From: Escherichia phage HX01
Strand: one strand, 5' to 3'
Length of the DNA stretch: 64,000 bases
Sequence record: NC_018855.1
The notes beneath the pieces are model-generated. The model had not been told where the DNA came from. It worked only from the letters and a program-made list of their open reading frames with translations, and made no database searches. Numbering within the stretch: the stretch's first letter is position 1; every line of letters begins with the position of its first letter. Both the position numbers and the translations under genes were made by a program. Below, piece by piece: positions 9,065 through 18,426 of the stretch.

Positions 9065-11776
9065 ATGAAAGAATTTTACTTAACGGTTGAACAGATTGGT
9101 GATTCAATTTTTGAACGTTACATCGATTCTAACGGCCGTGAACGTACTCGTGAAGTAGAATATAAACCATCACTGTTTGCTCATTGCCCGGAAAGTCAGG
9201 CTACGAAATATTTCGATATCTACGGTAAGCCGTGTACTCGTAAGTTGTTCGCCAATATGCGTGATGCCTCCCAATGGATTAAACGCATGGAAGATATCGG
9301 ACTTGAAGCACTTGGCATGGACGATTTCAAATTGGCGTATTTGTCTGACACTTATAACTATGAAATCAAATACGACCATACAAAAATTCGTGTGGCTAAC
9401 TTCGACATCGAAGTAACATCTCCAGACGGGTTCCCTGAGCCGTCACAAGCAAAACATCCGATTGATGCTATCACTCATTATGACTCAATTGACGACAGGT
9501 TCTACGTATTTGATCTATTGAATTCTCCATACGGTAATGTAGAAGAATGGTCTATTGAAATCGCTGCTAAGCTTCAAGAACAAGGCGGTGATGAAGTTCC
9601 ATCCGAAATTATCGATAAAATCATTTATATGCCGTTCGATAACGAAAAAGAATTGTTGATGGAATATCTCAACTTCTGGCAACAGAAAACTCCTGTCATT
9701 TTGACTGGATGGAACGTTGAGTCATTTGATATTCCGTATGTGTATAACCGAATCAAGAATATTTTTGGCGAATCCACAGCAAAACGGTTGTCACCACATC
9801 GTAAAACTCGTGTTAAAGTTATCGAAAACATGTATGGTTCTCGTGAAATCATTACATTGTTCGGTATCTCTGTTCTTGATTACATTGACCTTTACAAAAA
9901 ATTCTCTTTTACCAATCAACCGTCATATTCTCTGGATTACATTTCAGAATTTGAATTGAACGTTGGTAAACTGAAATATGACGGCCCTATTTCTAAGCTT
10001 CGTGAAAGCAATCACCAACGATATATTTCTTATAACATTATCGACGTGTATCGTGTATTGCAAATTGATGCTAAACGTCAGTTCATTAACTTGAGCTTGG
10101 ACATGGGTTATTATGCTAAGATACAGATTCAATCTGTGTTTAGCCCAATTAAAACATGGGATGCTATTATTTTTAATAGCCTTAAAGAGCAGAACAAGGT
10201 GATTCCACAAGGTCGTTCTCACCCGGTTCAACCTTATCCCGGCGCTTTTGTTAAGGAACCTATTCCAAATCGATACAAATATGTAATGAGTTTCGACCTT
10301 ACATCTCTGTATCCAAGTATTATTCGCCAAGTGAATATTAGCCCAGAAACAATAGCAGGAACGTTTAAAGTAGCTCCATTGCATGATTATATTAACGCTG
10401 TTGCTGAACGTCCTTCTGATGTGTACAGTTGTTCTCCTAACGGCATGATGTATTATAAAGATCGTGATGGTGTAGTTCCAACTGAAATCACTAAGGTCTT
10501 TAATCAACGTAAAGAACATAAAGGTTACATGCTTGCAGCTCAACGTAATGGTGAAATAATTAAAGAGGCATTGCATAATCCTAATCTTTCTGTTGACGAA
10601 CCATTAGATGTTGATTATCGTTTCGACTTCAGTGATGAGATTAAAGAAAAGATTAAAAAGTTGTCTGCTAAATCTCTTAATGAAATGTTGTTTAGAGCTC
10701 AACGTACTGAAGTTGCAGGTATGACTGCCCAAATTAACCGTAAATTGCTTATCAACTCACTTTATGGTGCACTTGGCAACGTTTGGTTCCGTTATTATGA
10801 TTTGCGTAATGCTACTGCAATCACAACATTCGGGCAAATGGCTTTACAGTGGATTGAACGTAAAGTTAATGAATATCTGAATGAAGTTTGTGGCACAGAA
10901 GGTGAAGCTTTCGTTCTTTATGGTGATACAGACTCTATTTACGTATCTGCTGATAAAATTATCGATAAGGTTGGTGAATCTAAATTCCGTGATACCAACC
11001 ATTGGGTAGACTTCTTAGATAAGTTTGCACGTGAACGTATGGAACCAGCTATTGATAGAGGTTTCCGTGAAATGTGTGAATACATGAACAATAAACAACA
11101 CTTAATGTTCATGGACCGAGAAGCTATCGCTGGGCCTCCACTCGGTTCTAAAGGTATTGGTGGATTCTGGACTGGTAAGAAACGTTATGCATTAAACGTG
11201 TGGGATATGGAAGGAACCAGATACGCCGAACCTAAGCTTAAAATCATGGGTCTAGAGACTCAGAAATCTTCGACTCCTAAAGCAGTACAGAAAGCTCTTA
11301 AAGAATGTATTCGTCGTATGCTTCAGGAAGGCGAAGAATCATTACAAGAATATTTTAAAGAGTTTGAAAAAGAATTCCGTCAATTGAATTATATTAGCAT
11401 CGCGTCGGTATCTTCTGCGAATAACATTGCTAAATATGATGTAGGTGGATTCCCTGGTCCTAAATGCCCGTTCCATATTCGTGGAATTCTGACGTATAAC
11501 CGGGCTATCAAAGGTAATATCGATGCACCGCAAGTTGTAGAAGGTGAAAAAGTATATGTTCTGCCTTTACGTGAAGGAAACCCATTCGGTGATAAATGTA
11601 TCGCATGGCCTTCTGGTACTGAAATCACAGATTTAATTAAAGACGACGTACTTCATTGGATGGACTACACTGTTCTCCTTGAGAAGACATTTATTAAACC
11701 ACTTGAAGGATTCACATCAGCAGCGAAACTCGATTACGAGAAGAAAGCATCTCTGTTCGATATGTTCGATTTTTGA
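9065..11776 (+). CDS. 43: gp43 family-B DNA polymerase
   Basis: 903 aa; exonuclease motifs (FDIEV, YNIIDV) and polymerase motifs (DLTSLYPSII, KLLINSLYGALG, YGDTDS); sequence matches what I recall of RB69 gp43. Confidence 0.95.
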   Translation: MKEFYLTVEQIGDSIFERYIDSNGRERTREVEYKPSLFAHCPESQATKYFDIYGKPCTRKLFANMRDASQWIKRMEDIGLEALGMDDFKLAYLSDTYNYEIKYDHTKIRVANFDIEVTSPDGFPEPSQAKHPIDAITHYDSIDDRFYVFDLLNSPYGNVEEWSIEIAAKLQEQGGDEVPSEIIDKIIYMPFDNEKELLMEYLNFWQQKTPVILTGWNVESFDIPYVYNRIKNIFGESTAKRLSPHRKTRVKVIENMYGSREIITLFGISVLDYIDLYKKFSFTNQPSYSLDYISEFELNVGKLKYDGPISKLRESNHQRYISYNIIDVYRVLQIDAKRQFINLSLDMGYYAKIQIQSVFSPIKTWDAIIFNSLKEQNKVIPQGRSHPVQPYPGAFVKEPIPNRYKYVMSFDLTSLYPSIIRQVNISPETIAGTFKVAPLHDYINAVAERPSDVYSCSPNGMMYYKDRDGVVPTEITKVFNQRKEHKGYMLAAQRNGEIIKEALHNPNLSVDEPLDVDYRFDFSDEIKEKIKKLSAKSLNEMLFRAQRTEVAGMTAQINRKLLINSLYGALGNVWFRYYDLRNATAITTFGQMALQWIERKVNEYLNEVCGTEGEAFVLYGDTDSIYVSADKIIDKVGESKFRDTNHWVDFLDKFARERMEPAIDRGFREMCEYMNNKQHLMFMDREAIAGPPLGSKGIGGFWTGKKRYALNVWDMEGTRYAEPKLKIMGLETQKSSTPKAVQKALKECIRRMLQEGEESLQEYFKEFEKEFRQLNYISIASVSSANNIAKYDVGGFPGPKCPFHIRGILTYNRAIKGNIDAPQVVEGEKVYVLPLREGNPFGDKCIAWPSGTEITDLIKDDVLHWMDYTVLLEKTFIKPLEGFTSAAKLDYEKKASLFDMFDF

Positions 11777-11816
11777 TATAATGACATGGACGGTAAACTA
11801 ATTAAATGAGAGAAAT

Positions 11817-12452
11817 ATGAAAACTACTCCTATTACTATCGCTATTGACGCAATCATAAAACAAGCTTCTTCTTTGGTCGCTATGGCCAAAGTAATTAGT
11901 CAAAACCCTGCTCGTTATAATGCTATTCTAGAAACTCTTCGACGCCCAGGACTTAGTAATTATGAAAGCCGAGTAATTATTACAGGTGTTGGTAAGAATG
12001 CTAATATTGCAACTAAAGCTTCTGAGACATTTGCTTCACTCGGTATCCCGAGTATGTACTTGAACACTGGACATTATTCTCACGGTGATGCAGGATTCAT
12101 TGCGCCTAATGATGTGTTGATTCATATTAGTCGTTCTGGTAAAACTGAAGAAATGATAGGCGTGGCTAAGCATCTTAAAATGATTCGTCCGAACGTCAAA
12201 CAGATTCTGTTGCATTGTAACCCGGACATTCCACAAGAATACGAAGCTCTTTTTGATTATACGTTCTGTACAGGCATCGCAGTAGAGGTTGATGAGAATT
12301 CTCTGGCTCCGACCATGTCCACTACATTGTTGTTAGCGCTTATCGATACGTTTGCTATCAACCTTTCGTCTGAACGTGGATTTACCTCTAATGACTTCCT
12401 TAAGTTCCACCCTGGCGGTGCACTAGGTGCCATGTTACGAGGCGAACAATGA
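11817..12452 (+). CDS. SIS-domain sugar-phosphate isomerase, arabinose-5-phosphate isomerase-like (KdsD/GutQ type, no CBS domains)
   Basis: 211 aa with motifs matching the KdsD SIS domain by eye: GVGKNANIATKASETFASLG, HGDAGFI, SRSGKT, APTMSTTLLLAL, FHPGGALG. Confidence 0.7.
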   Translation: MKTTPITIAIDAIIKQASSLVAMAKVISQNPARYNAILETLRRPGLSNYESRVIITGVGKNANIATKASETFASLGIPSMYLNTGHYSHGDAGFIAPNDVLIHISRSGKTEEMIGVAKHLKMIRPNVKQILLHCNPDIPQEYEALFDYTFCTGIAVEVDENSLAPTMSTTLLLALIDTFAINLSSERGFTSNDFLKFHPGGALGAMLRGEQ

Positions 12453-12592
12453 AAGCAATAACAATAGGACTTTTACTATTGATGCTTGTCATGACTATCT
12501 ACTGGAGCTTAACGACTCCAGTAATGATTCCGACTCTTATAATCGGATGGATTATGATTGGACTACAAGCAAAGTATGAATGCTTTAACTAG
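12449..12592 (+). CDS. small hydrophobic membrane protein (47 aa)
   Basis: ATG overlapping the stop of the SIS gene; two hydrophobic segments; sits where T4 has imm, but homology not established. Confidence 0.3.
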   Translation: MKAITIGLLLLMLVMTIYWSLTTPVMIPTLIIGWIMIGLQAKYECFN

Positions 12593-12633
12593 AATAGTGT
12601 ACAATACTCCTACTTACCAATGAGGACCACAAC

Positions 12634-14319
12634 ATGAAAAAAGCTGTTATTCTTGGTGCTGGACTGGCAACTCGTTTGTATCCAATAACGCATCATATTC
12701 CTAAGGTGCTTGTTAACTATAAACAAGACACTATTCTGAGCAATTTGTATACAATTTATTCTGACCTTGGCGCAGATGAAATTATTGTAGTAGTTCATTC
12801 AAAATTTGCTGAAACTGTTCGAGCTTATTGTGAGCAAGAAGGGTTCAATGTGACTATTCGTACAGTTGATGAAGCGTATGGTTCTGCTTATGCTCTTGCT
12901 AAATTGCACAAAGATTTAGACGGCCATAATGTAATTGTTAACTGGTGTGATATTATTCCTGATTTTGGTTCATGGTCTTGGAATGTTAACGCAATCTATG
13001 TTAAAGGTGACGAATGTCGATATAATTTCGACGGTGAAAATATCACTAACGTAGGTTCAACAGGTGGTAATGTTGTAGGAATTTATCAGTTCAAAGACTG
13101 GGAATTCTATATGGGTTCTACCGATGAGGAAATTCATGAATACTGCAAAGGACGTGATTTCGTAGAATTCCTTTACGGCAGTGCATTCAATAAATCAGAG
13201 CTTATGAATCTAATTGATTTAGGTGATATGCCTAAACTTGAAAAGGCTCATGAAGTTCGTGAACTTAATCGTAGTTTTAATGCCGTTGAAATTGGTGAAG
13301 AAACTGTAACTAAATTCGCATTAACCGAACAAGGCCGAGCTCTTCAGAAAGATGAGATTTCATGGTATCTTAAAGTGAAATCAGATTCAGTTCCTCAGTT
13401 AGTTTCTGTTAATGAAAATAACTTTGAAATGGAACGCATTAAAGGTAAGCCGGCATTTGAATATATTAAATCCAAATCGAGTCTTGCTCGTCCACAAATT
13501 GTTGATGCAATTTTAGATGCACTGAAATTCAGCACAGACACTTATTTTGTAAGTCCTGAAACTGTTCGTCGTGATTTCACTAAAGAATTCTATACTAAAG
13601 TTATTGATCGTTGTGAAAGTATTCAACCATTGATTGATTCATTTGGTAAAATCACACATGTGAACTACACTAAGATTGGGCGTCTGAAGCCAATGTTGAA
13701 ACAAGCTTTAGAACACCTTATTCGTTATCATAACCGTTCTCAGGGACAGTACTCTGTTATTCATGGTGACCCGAACTTCAGTAATACTATGATTACTGAT
13801 AATGGTGAAGTCAAGTTTATCGACCCTCGTGGATATTTTGGTGAAACCAAGATTTATGGACCAAAATTGTACGACGAAGCTAAAGTGCTTTATGCTGTTT
13901 CAGGTTATGATGAATTCAACGCTAATCCGACCTGGGGACAGTTTACTATTGACGAAACAACTTGTAATGTGTCTATTAACATCAATCCATTAGTTTACAA
14001 ATATGGAAAGATGAGTTCGTTTAACGAGTATCATCATTTGGCAGTGGCAATTATCTGGATTGCATTAGGTGGTTATTTCAAGAATAATCCACTTAAAGCG
14101 GTAGCCGCATATTATAAAGGTATGGAACTTCTGACTAAGCAATTACGTAACATGGGCCGTGTACTTCAGGACGGCTCTATTAGTTATGACGTAGCAGAAC
14201 CTGTAACGGCTACTCTGATTACAAAAAATCCTGGTAAATGGGTACTAACTGATAAAGAAACTGGTGTTTCCTATCGTCCAATCGGTGGCGATATCACTCA
14301 TCAATGGGAACGAATCTAA
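12634..14319 (+). CDS. bifunctional sugar-1-phosphate nucleotidyltransferase / sugar kinase fusion (putative NDP-sugar salvage enzyme)
   Basis: 561 aa. N-terminus KKAVILGAGLATRL resembles the G-x-G-T-R-L loop of sugar nucleotidyltransferases; C-terminal HGDPNFSN...FIDPRG resembles the catalytic/Mg-binding motifs of APH/choline-kinase-like kinases. GAGGA ribosome-binding site. Confidence 0.6.
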   Translation: MKKAVILGAGLATRLYPITHHIPKVLVNYKQDTILSNLYTIYSDLGADEIIVVVHSKFAETVRAYCEQEGFNVTIRTVDEAYGSAYALAKLHKDLDGHNVIVNWCDIIPDFGSWSWNVNAIYVKGDECRYNFDGENITNVGSTGGNVVGIYQFKDWEFYMGSTDEEIHEYCKGRDFVEFLYGSAFNKSELMNLIDLGDMPKLEKAHEVRELNRSFNAVEIGEETVTKFALTEQGRALQKDEISWYLKVKSDSVPQLVSVNENNFEMERIKGKPAFEYIKSKSSLARPQIVDAILDALKFSTDTYFVSPETVRRDFTKEFYTKVIDRCESIQPLIDSFGKITHVNYTKIGRLKPMLKQALEHLIRYHNRSQGQYSVIHGDPNFSNTMITDNGEVKFIDPRGYFGETKIYGPKLYDEAKVLYAVSGYDEFNANPTWGQFTIDETTCNVSININPLVYKYGKMSSFNEYHHLAVAIIWIALGGYFKNNPLKAVAAYYKGMELLTKQLRNMGRVLQDGSISYDVAEPVTATLITKNPGKWVLTDKETGVSYRPIGGDITHQWERI

Positions 14320-14705
14320 TGCACCGTGTAGAAAACATGCTTAATCTTTGTTTTGATGTCGATGATTGTATAACAGAGTGGAATAACAACCGTGATTACG
14401 TGAACTTCAAACCAGACGTCGAAATGGTGACTGCCATTAATGCCCTGTACGATGCAGGGCATACCATAACGCTTTACACTGCTCGCGGTATGAAGTCAGT
14501 CGGTCCTGGTCGTATAGCAATTGACATTCTCCCAAGTCTGATTCAGAACTTGGCAAACATTGGATTGAAGTACCATAATTTGCTAACACATAAACCAGTA
14601 TATGATTGGATTATCGACGACAAAGCTATGCGTCCTGACGAATTCAAAGCTCTTATGAATAAAGGCGAATTCGAAACATTTAAATCATATAAACCGAATC
14701 TATAA
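14319..14705 (+). CDS. small HAD-like phosphatase (tentative)
   Basis: Track start 14304 trimmed to ATG 14319 (TAATG overlap with upstream stop). FDVDD near the N-terminus, TLYTARG, HKP and DWIIDD resemble HAD motifs I-IV, but motif I is non-canonical. Confidence 0.35.
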   Translation: MHRVENMLNLCFDVDDCITEWNNNRDYVNFKPDVEMVTAINALYDAGHTITLYTARGMKSVGPGRIAIDILPSLIQNLANIGLKYHNLLTHKPVYDWIIDDKAMRPDEFKALMNKGEFETFKSYKPNL

Positions 14706-14762
14706 TAATTTAAGTAAGACCTGCAAAAACCATCGCGTCAATTAACGTGAGATGCAAAAAAA

Positions 14763-15923
14763 ATGAATACTTTTAAAATCGGAACGAATTTTGATTTAGC
14801 TCTTCTTGATAAAATCGTAGAGCTCAATAAAACTTATCCTAATAGCTTGATAAACGAAGTATACGGCTCTACAAGAGAAATGGCTTTTGTAGCAGCCAGA
14901 CCTGATTTTAGGCTTCCTGACGTTGACAAAAAGATGTTAGAAGATTATGTTAAACGTTGTAACGAATTAGGTATTTGCTTTAACTATACACTCAACACGA
15001 TAAATCCTGGTTCAAAAAGAGAACTAGTTGAGTGGAAGAAGAAAGCTATTCAGGATTATGTTCAGTATCTTTGGTCAATAGGCGTATGGCGTATTACTAT
15101 CGCTAACCCTGTTGTTATGGAAATTGTTCGTGAAGTCAATAAAGACATTGAGATTGAAGTTTCAACAATTCTACATGTCGATGCTGTAACTCAAATCAAA
15201 TACTTGCATGACCAATATAATATCAAAAAGGTCTGCTGTGGAATTCATAAGAACCGTTCAGTTTCTTTCCTGAAACGTGCAGCAGAGTTTTGTAATAAGA
15301 ACAATATAATATTTGAAGTTCTTGTAAATGAGTTCTGTTCTAATGCTGGTAAAGGGTACACAACACATTGTAGCTATCGTGACTCTTGCTATATTTTCCA
15401 TAGCACCGATGTTACAGTAGATGATGCCAAATCCTTAAATGGATATCCAATGCAACACTGTATTAAAGCTCGTGATACAGATCCATTTAACTGGTTGAGA
15501 ACTCGTTTTGTTCGTCCTCAAGATTTGAAACTTTATAATGATATTGGTATCACTCAATTTAAAGTTTCGGGACGTACAGGTAGCACAGACTACATTTTGA
15601 AAGTTCTTGAAGCTTATGCTTCTGAAAAGTTTGAAGGCAATTTGTTGGAATTGTGGAAGCCTTTAGAGACCATTTTCACTCTTGAAAATGAGACCGAGTT
15701 TTCACATACAGTAAATATTGAAACCTCTTTGTTAGACGGCTTTTTAGAAAAAAGGTGGTTCAAACATCCAGATTTCGATTGTGCTAATGAAATCTGCGGG
15801 ACGACGTGTACATATTGTGAAAGATATTATAAACGTCAGTTATCTAAAAATGGGTTATCAGAAAACTCTATATCTATTATTGATATAACTAACTCTGATG
15901 ACGCTTTGAGGTACCCAGAATGA
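14763..15923 (+). CDS. uncharacterized enzyme-sized protein with C-terminal Cys cluster (C-x4-C-x3-C-x2-C)
   Basis: 386-aa ORF; C-terminal DFDCANEICGTTCTYCERYY; function not assignable by eye. Confidence 0.5.
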   Translation: MNTFKIGTNFDLALLDKIVELNKTYPNSLINEVYGSTREMAFVAARPDFRLPDVDKKMLEDYVKRCNELGICFNYTLNTINPGSKRELVEWKKKAIQDYVQYLWSIGVWRITIANPVVMEIVREVNKDIEIEVSTILHVDAVTQIKYLHDQYNIKKVCCGIHKNRSVSFLKRAAEFCNKNNIIFEVLVNEFCSNAGKGYTTHCSYRDSCYIFHSTDVTVDDAKSLNGYPMQHCIKARDTDPFNWLRTRFVRPQDLKLYNDIGITQFKVSGRTGSTDYILKVLEAYASEKFEGNLLELWKPLETIFTLENETEFSHTVNIETSLLDGFLEKRWFKHPDFDCANEICGTTCTYCERYYKRQLSKNGLSENSISIIDITNSDDALRYPE

Positions 15924-16005
15924 TTTCTAGAAAAACTTTTAACCACCAACTTAACGAAGAGATTTTGACTATTAAAATTAACAGCAACGAACAAATTCTT
16001 AAAAA

Positions 16006-16024
16006 GGCCCATAAGGGCCTTTTT
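16006..16024 (+). terminator. rho-independent terminator
   Basis: GGCCC-ataa-GGGCC hairpin followed by TTTTT, about 80 nt after the stop of the 386-aa ORF. Confidence 0.55.
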
Positions 16025-16117
16025 GAAACTAAAGCGGCTAAAGTGATTAAAGAACCTGTTCAACTAGAATACTAAGCCGAAGCTCTACGTTATATCAACA
16101 TCGCTAAGAAATTCAAA

Positions 16118-16143
16118 TAAGCTTTATGAATTGAGTATATAAT
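16118..16143 (+). promoter_or_regulatory. putative middle promoter upstream of the gene-42-like ORF
   Basis: TAAGCTTTA (MotA-box-like, one mismatch) with TATAAT 11 nt downstream. Confidence 0.25.
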
Positions 16144-16161
16144 AACTGTATTGAGGTAAAC

Positions 16162-16878
16162 ATGGGAAAACATAACACAATGAAATATATTAAAGCCGCA
16201 GATTTTCAATCCGCATTTAAAGCTGTCAATCGTGAAATTTTAGAAAATCCACAGTTCATTACTGATTCTCGTATTGGACGTTGTAATGAAATTGGGTCTA
16301 TGACAGTAGTTGTTGATACCCCTTCATCATTCAAAATGACCGACCCACGTATTAATCGCATCTCTTATGAATATGCTGAAGATTTCTGGAAATTTATGAT
16401 TTCTGGTGGTACTGATGCAAAAGAAGCATTTAAGGCATATCCTAACGTCGCTAAATTTATTTCTAAACCTAAATCAGACGCTTTGCCTGCAAACTTCAAC
16501 ACTTTCTATGGTCCACGAATTGCGGCCCAGTTACCAACTCTTCTAAAAGAACTTAAAGAAAAACCTAACTCTCGAAGAGTTGTGTTCCAAATTCTAGAAA
16601 GTTCTGATCAGGCTTTGCTTGATTCAGACGAAACACTTGAATATCCATGTACTGACTCAGTGACTTATTATATTCGTGATGGTAAGCTTTATACCCACTG
16701 TCATATGCGTTCTCAGAACTGTGCTGTTGTTATGCAGTTGGATTTTTATCTCCAAGGAAAATTACTTCATTATATCGCTAACGAATGTGGTGTAGAAGTT
16801 GGTGATTATACTCATACCATGGTAAGTGCCCATGTGTTTGAACGTGATTTTGATTATGTTAAAGGATTCCTTGACTAA
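16162..16878 (+). CDS. 42: thymidylate-synthase-fold pyrimidine hydroxymethylase, divergent dCMP hydroxymethylase (gp42-like)
   Basis: 238 aa at the syntenic gene 42 position; shares the NPNSRR, CTDSVTYYIRD and MRSQN blocks with T4 gp42 (NPDSRR, CTNTVQYLIRD, MRSND) but is otherwise quite divergent. Confidence 0.6.
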   Translation: MGKHNTMKYIKAADFQSAFKAVNREILENPQFITDSRIGRCNEIGSMTVVVDTPSSFKMTDPRINRISYEYAEDFWKFMISGGTDAKEAFKAYPNVAKFISKPKSDALPANFNTFYGPRIAAQLPTLLKELKEKPNSRRVVFQILESSDQALLDSDETLEYPCTDSVTYYIRDGKLYTHCHMRSQNCAVVMQLDFYLQGKLLHYIANECGVEVGDYTHTMVSAHVFERDFDYVKGFLD

Positions 16879-17777
16879 TGGCTATTTTCCGCGTACCTAT
16901 TTTGAGTATGCGGTCTTATGAAACTGGACAGTATGCTATCCTTAAGGATGGCAACTTCCAACTTCATTTGCACCGTGCTAATCCGGGTGATGTGATTACA
17001 TATCCACGTAATGCATCTGATATTAAAGAATGTGAACGTCTTTTCCCAGAATTTAAGTTTGTTCCATTATGGTATAAAGATAACGCATATAACACTCGTA
17101 AATATTTCTGGTCTGAAAATGAATTTGTGGTTGATTCATTAATTGATTATTATGATTGTGATTTTCTAATCACAGATATCACTGGATATGACGGCACTTT
17201 TGACGTAGAATTCAATTTCAATATCACTGCAGACCCTAATAAACCACGTTTTTATATTGACGAATTCTTAAAAACCGACATGTTGTCTGTTAATCGTTCA
17301 CTTCAAACTACTGTGTTGAATGAACGTCAAAAAGAAGTGCTGGTTAACGCAGGTGCAGATGGTAATAAGATTATCGTAACGCAGAAAGTTATACGTCCTT
17401 CCATCATGCAGCGTCTTGTAGGTGATTTGGCCCCTATTCATCTAGATGGTATTTTTCATCCATTTCGAATTAGTGACCCGTGTTATCGTTTTGAACAAGT
17501 GGTTGAATGCGCAATTCAATTAGGTCAACCGCTTTATATAACCGATCCAAATAATAGCTTCGACAGAAATAAGTATCCTGAAGAAGCACTGATTCGAATT
17601 TTTAAACCAACTAAAACTGAGTACTATCAAATTCTTAAAGGAAGACCGAAGATTCAATATTTCGAAAATCCTGAAGAAGTATTCCATCCAGGTCTTGGCG
17701 AGTTCATCTACTTTAACGCTTTAATTTCTTCACCGTATAATATACCTAAATATGAAGATGTCGTAATCGAGGAATAA
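16878..17777 (+). CDS. hypothetical protein (299 aa) occupying the beta-gt slot
   Basis: ATGG overlap with the gp42-like stop; no recognisable similarity to T4 beta-glucosyltransferase. Confidence 0.5.
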   Translation: MAIFRVPILSMRSYETGQYAILKDGNFQLHLHRANPGDVITYPRNASDIKECERLFPEFKFVPLWYKDNAYNTRKYFWSENEFVVDSLIDYYDCDFLITDITGYDGTFDVEFNFNITADPNKPRFYIDEFLKTDMLSVNRSLQTTVLNERQKEVLVNAGADGNKIIVTQKVIRPSIMQRLVGDLAPIHLDGIFHPFRISDPCYRFEQVVECAIQLGQPLYITDPNNSFDRNKYPEEALIRIFKPTKTEYYQILKGRPKIQYFENPEEVFHPGLGEFIYFNALISSPYNIPKYEDVVIEE

Positions 17778-17778
17778 A

Positions 17779-18327
17779 ATGGCTAAAATTATTTTAGTAG
17801 ATGGCCCAGATAATGCTGGTAAAACAACTTTCATTAATGACATAATGGAAATTAGTGAAAGATATGTAAAGATTGATTTCCCTAAACGAACAGTTGATGG
17901 ACGTTTCGATGTTAAGTCTCGAAATGAAGTTGGCTGTTTCGAAACGATGTTGAATTATTTAGACCCTACTAAGATTTATCTGTTAGACCGTGGATATATT
18001 AGTAACTGGGTTTATGGACGTATTCGACAAGATGCGGACTCGGTTCTTGACGTTTATGAACAGGATTATGTTCGTCTTTGCCAAAACCATGATGTGTTCA
18101 CAATTATTTTAACACGTAACGAAATGACTGAAAGTTTTGAAGACGACCTTATTACTTTGTCTTCATTCGGTTTTAATACAGTCATTTCATATTTTGAAGA
18201 GTTTGCAATTCATAACGAAATCCAAACGTATCAATTACTTAATCATGATGGTGCTAACAAAGTTATAGGATTTAATGCAAGCGAACGTAATGGTTTGATT
18301 ACAGAAATTATCAAATGGGCTCGTTAA
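17779..18327 (+). CDS. P-loop nucleotide/nucleoside kinase-like protein (thymidylate-kinase-like fold)
   Basis: 182 aa; Walker A ILVDGPDNAGKTT and a DRGY motif resembling the DR(Y/H) of TMK-type kinases. Confidence 0.5.
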   Translation: MAKIILVDGPDNAGKTTFINDIMEISERYVKIDFPKRTVDGRFDVKSRNEVGCFETMLNYLDPTKIYLLDRGYISNWVYGRIRQDADSVLDVYEQDYVRLCQNHDVFTIILTRNEMTESFEDDLITLSSFGFNTVISYFEEFAIHNEIQTYQLLNHDGANKVIGFNASERNGLITEIIKWAR

Positions 18328-18346
18328 GAGCCTGTTTAAAGTTTTA

Positions 18347-18372
18347 AATGCTGTATAACCCTTAGTATATAA
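18347..18372 (+). promoter_or_regulatory. putative MotA-dependent middle promoter for uvsX
   Basis: AAATGCTGTA (MotA-box-like, one mismatch) with TATAAT 11 nt downstream, consistent with uvsX being a middle gene in T4. Confidence 0.35.
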
Positions 18373-18426
18373 TCATTTTATCTTTTAAACATGAGTAAAA
18401 TATAATGATGCCTATGGAAAAATACA

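Noticed and set aside
9944-10576. Minus-strand 210-aa ORF inside gene 43
   Set aside because: Antisense to the polymerase gene.
14763-15923. Calling the 386-aa protein a U32 peptidase or a radical SAM enzyme
   Set aside because: The resemblance is only a loose by-eye pattern and the Cys motif is C-terminal rather than N-terminal; left as an unassigned Cys-cluster protein.
15920-16075. 51-aa plus-strand ORF after the Cys-cluster gene
   Set aside because: It spans a GGCCC-ataa-GGGCC-TTTTT terminator hairpin, so it is more likely untranslated 3' sequence.
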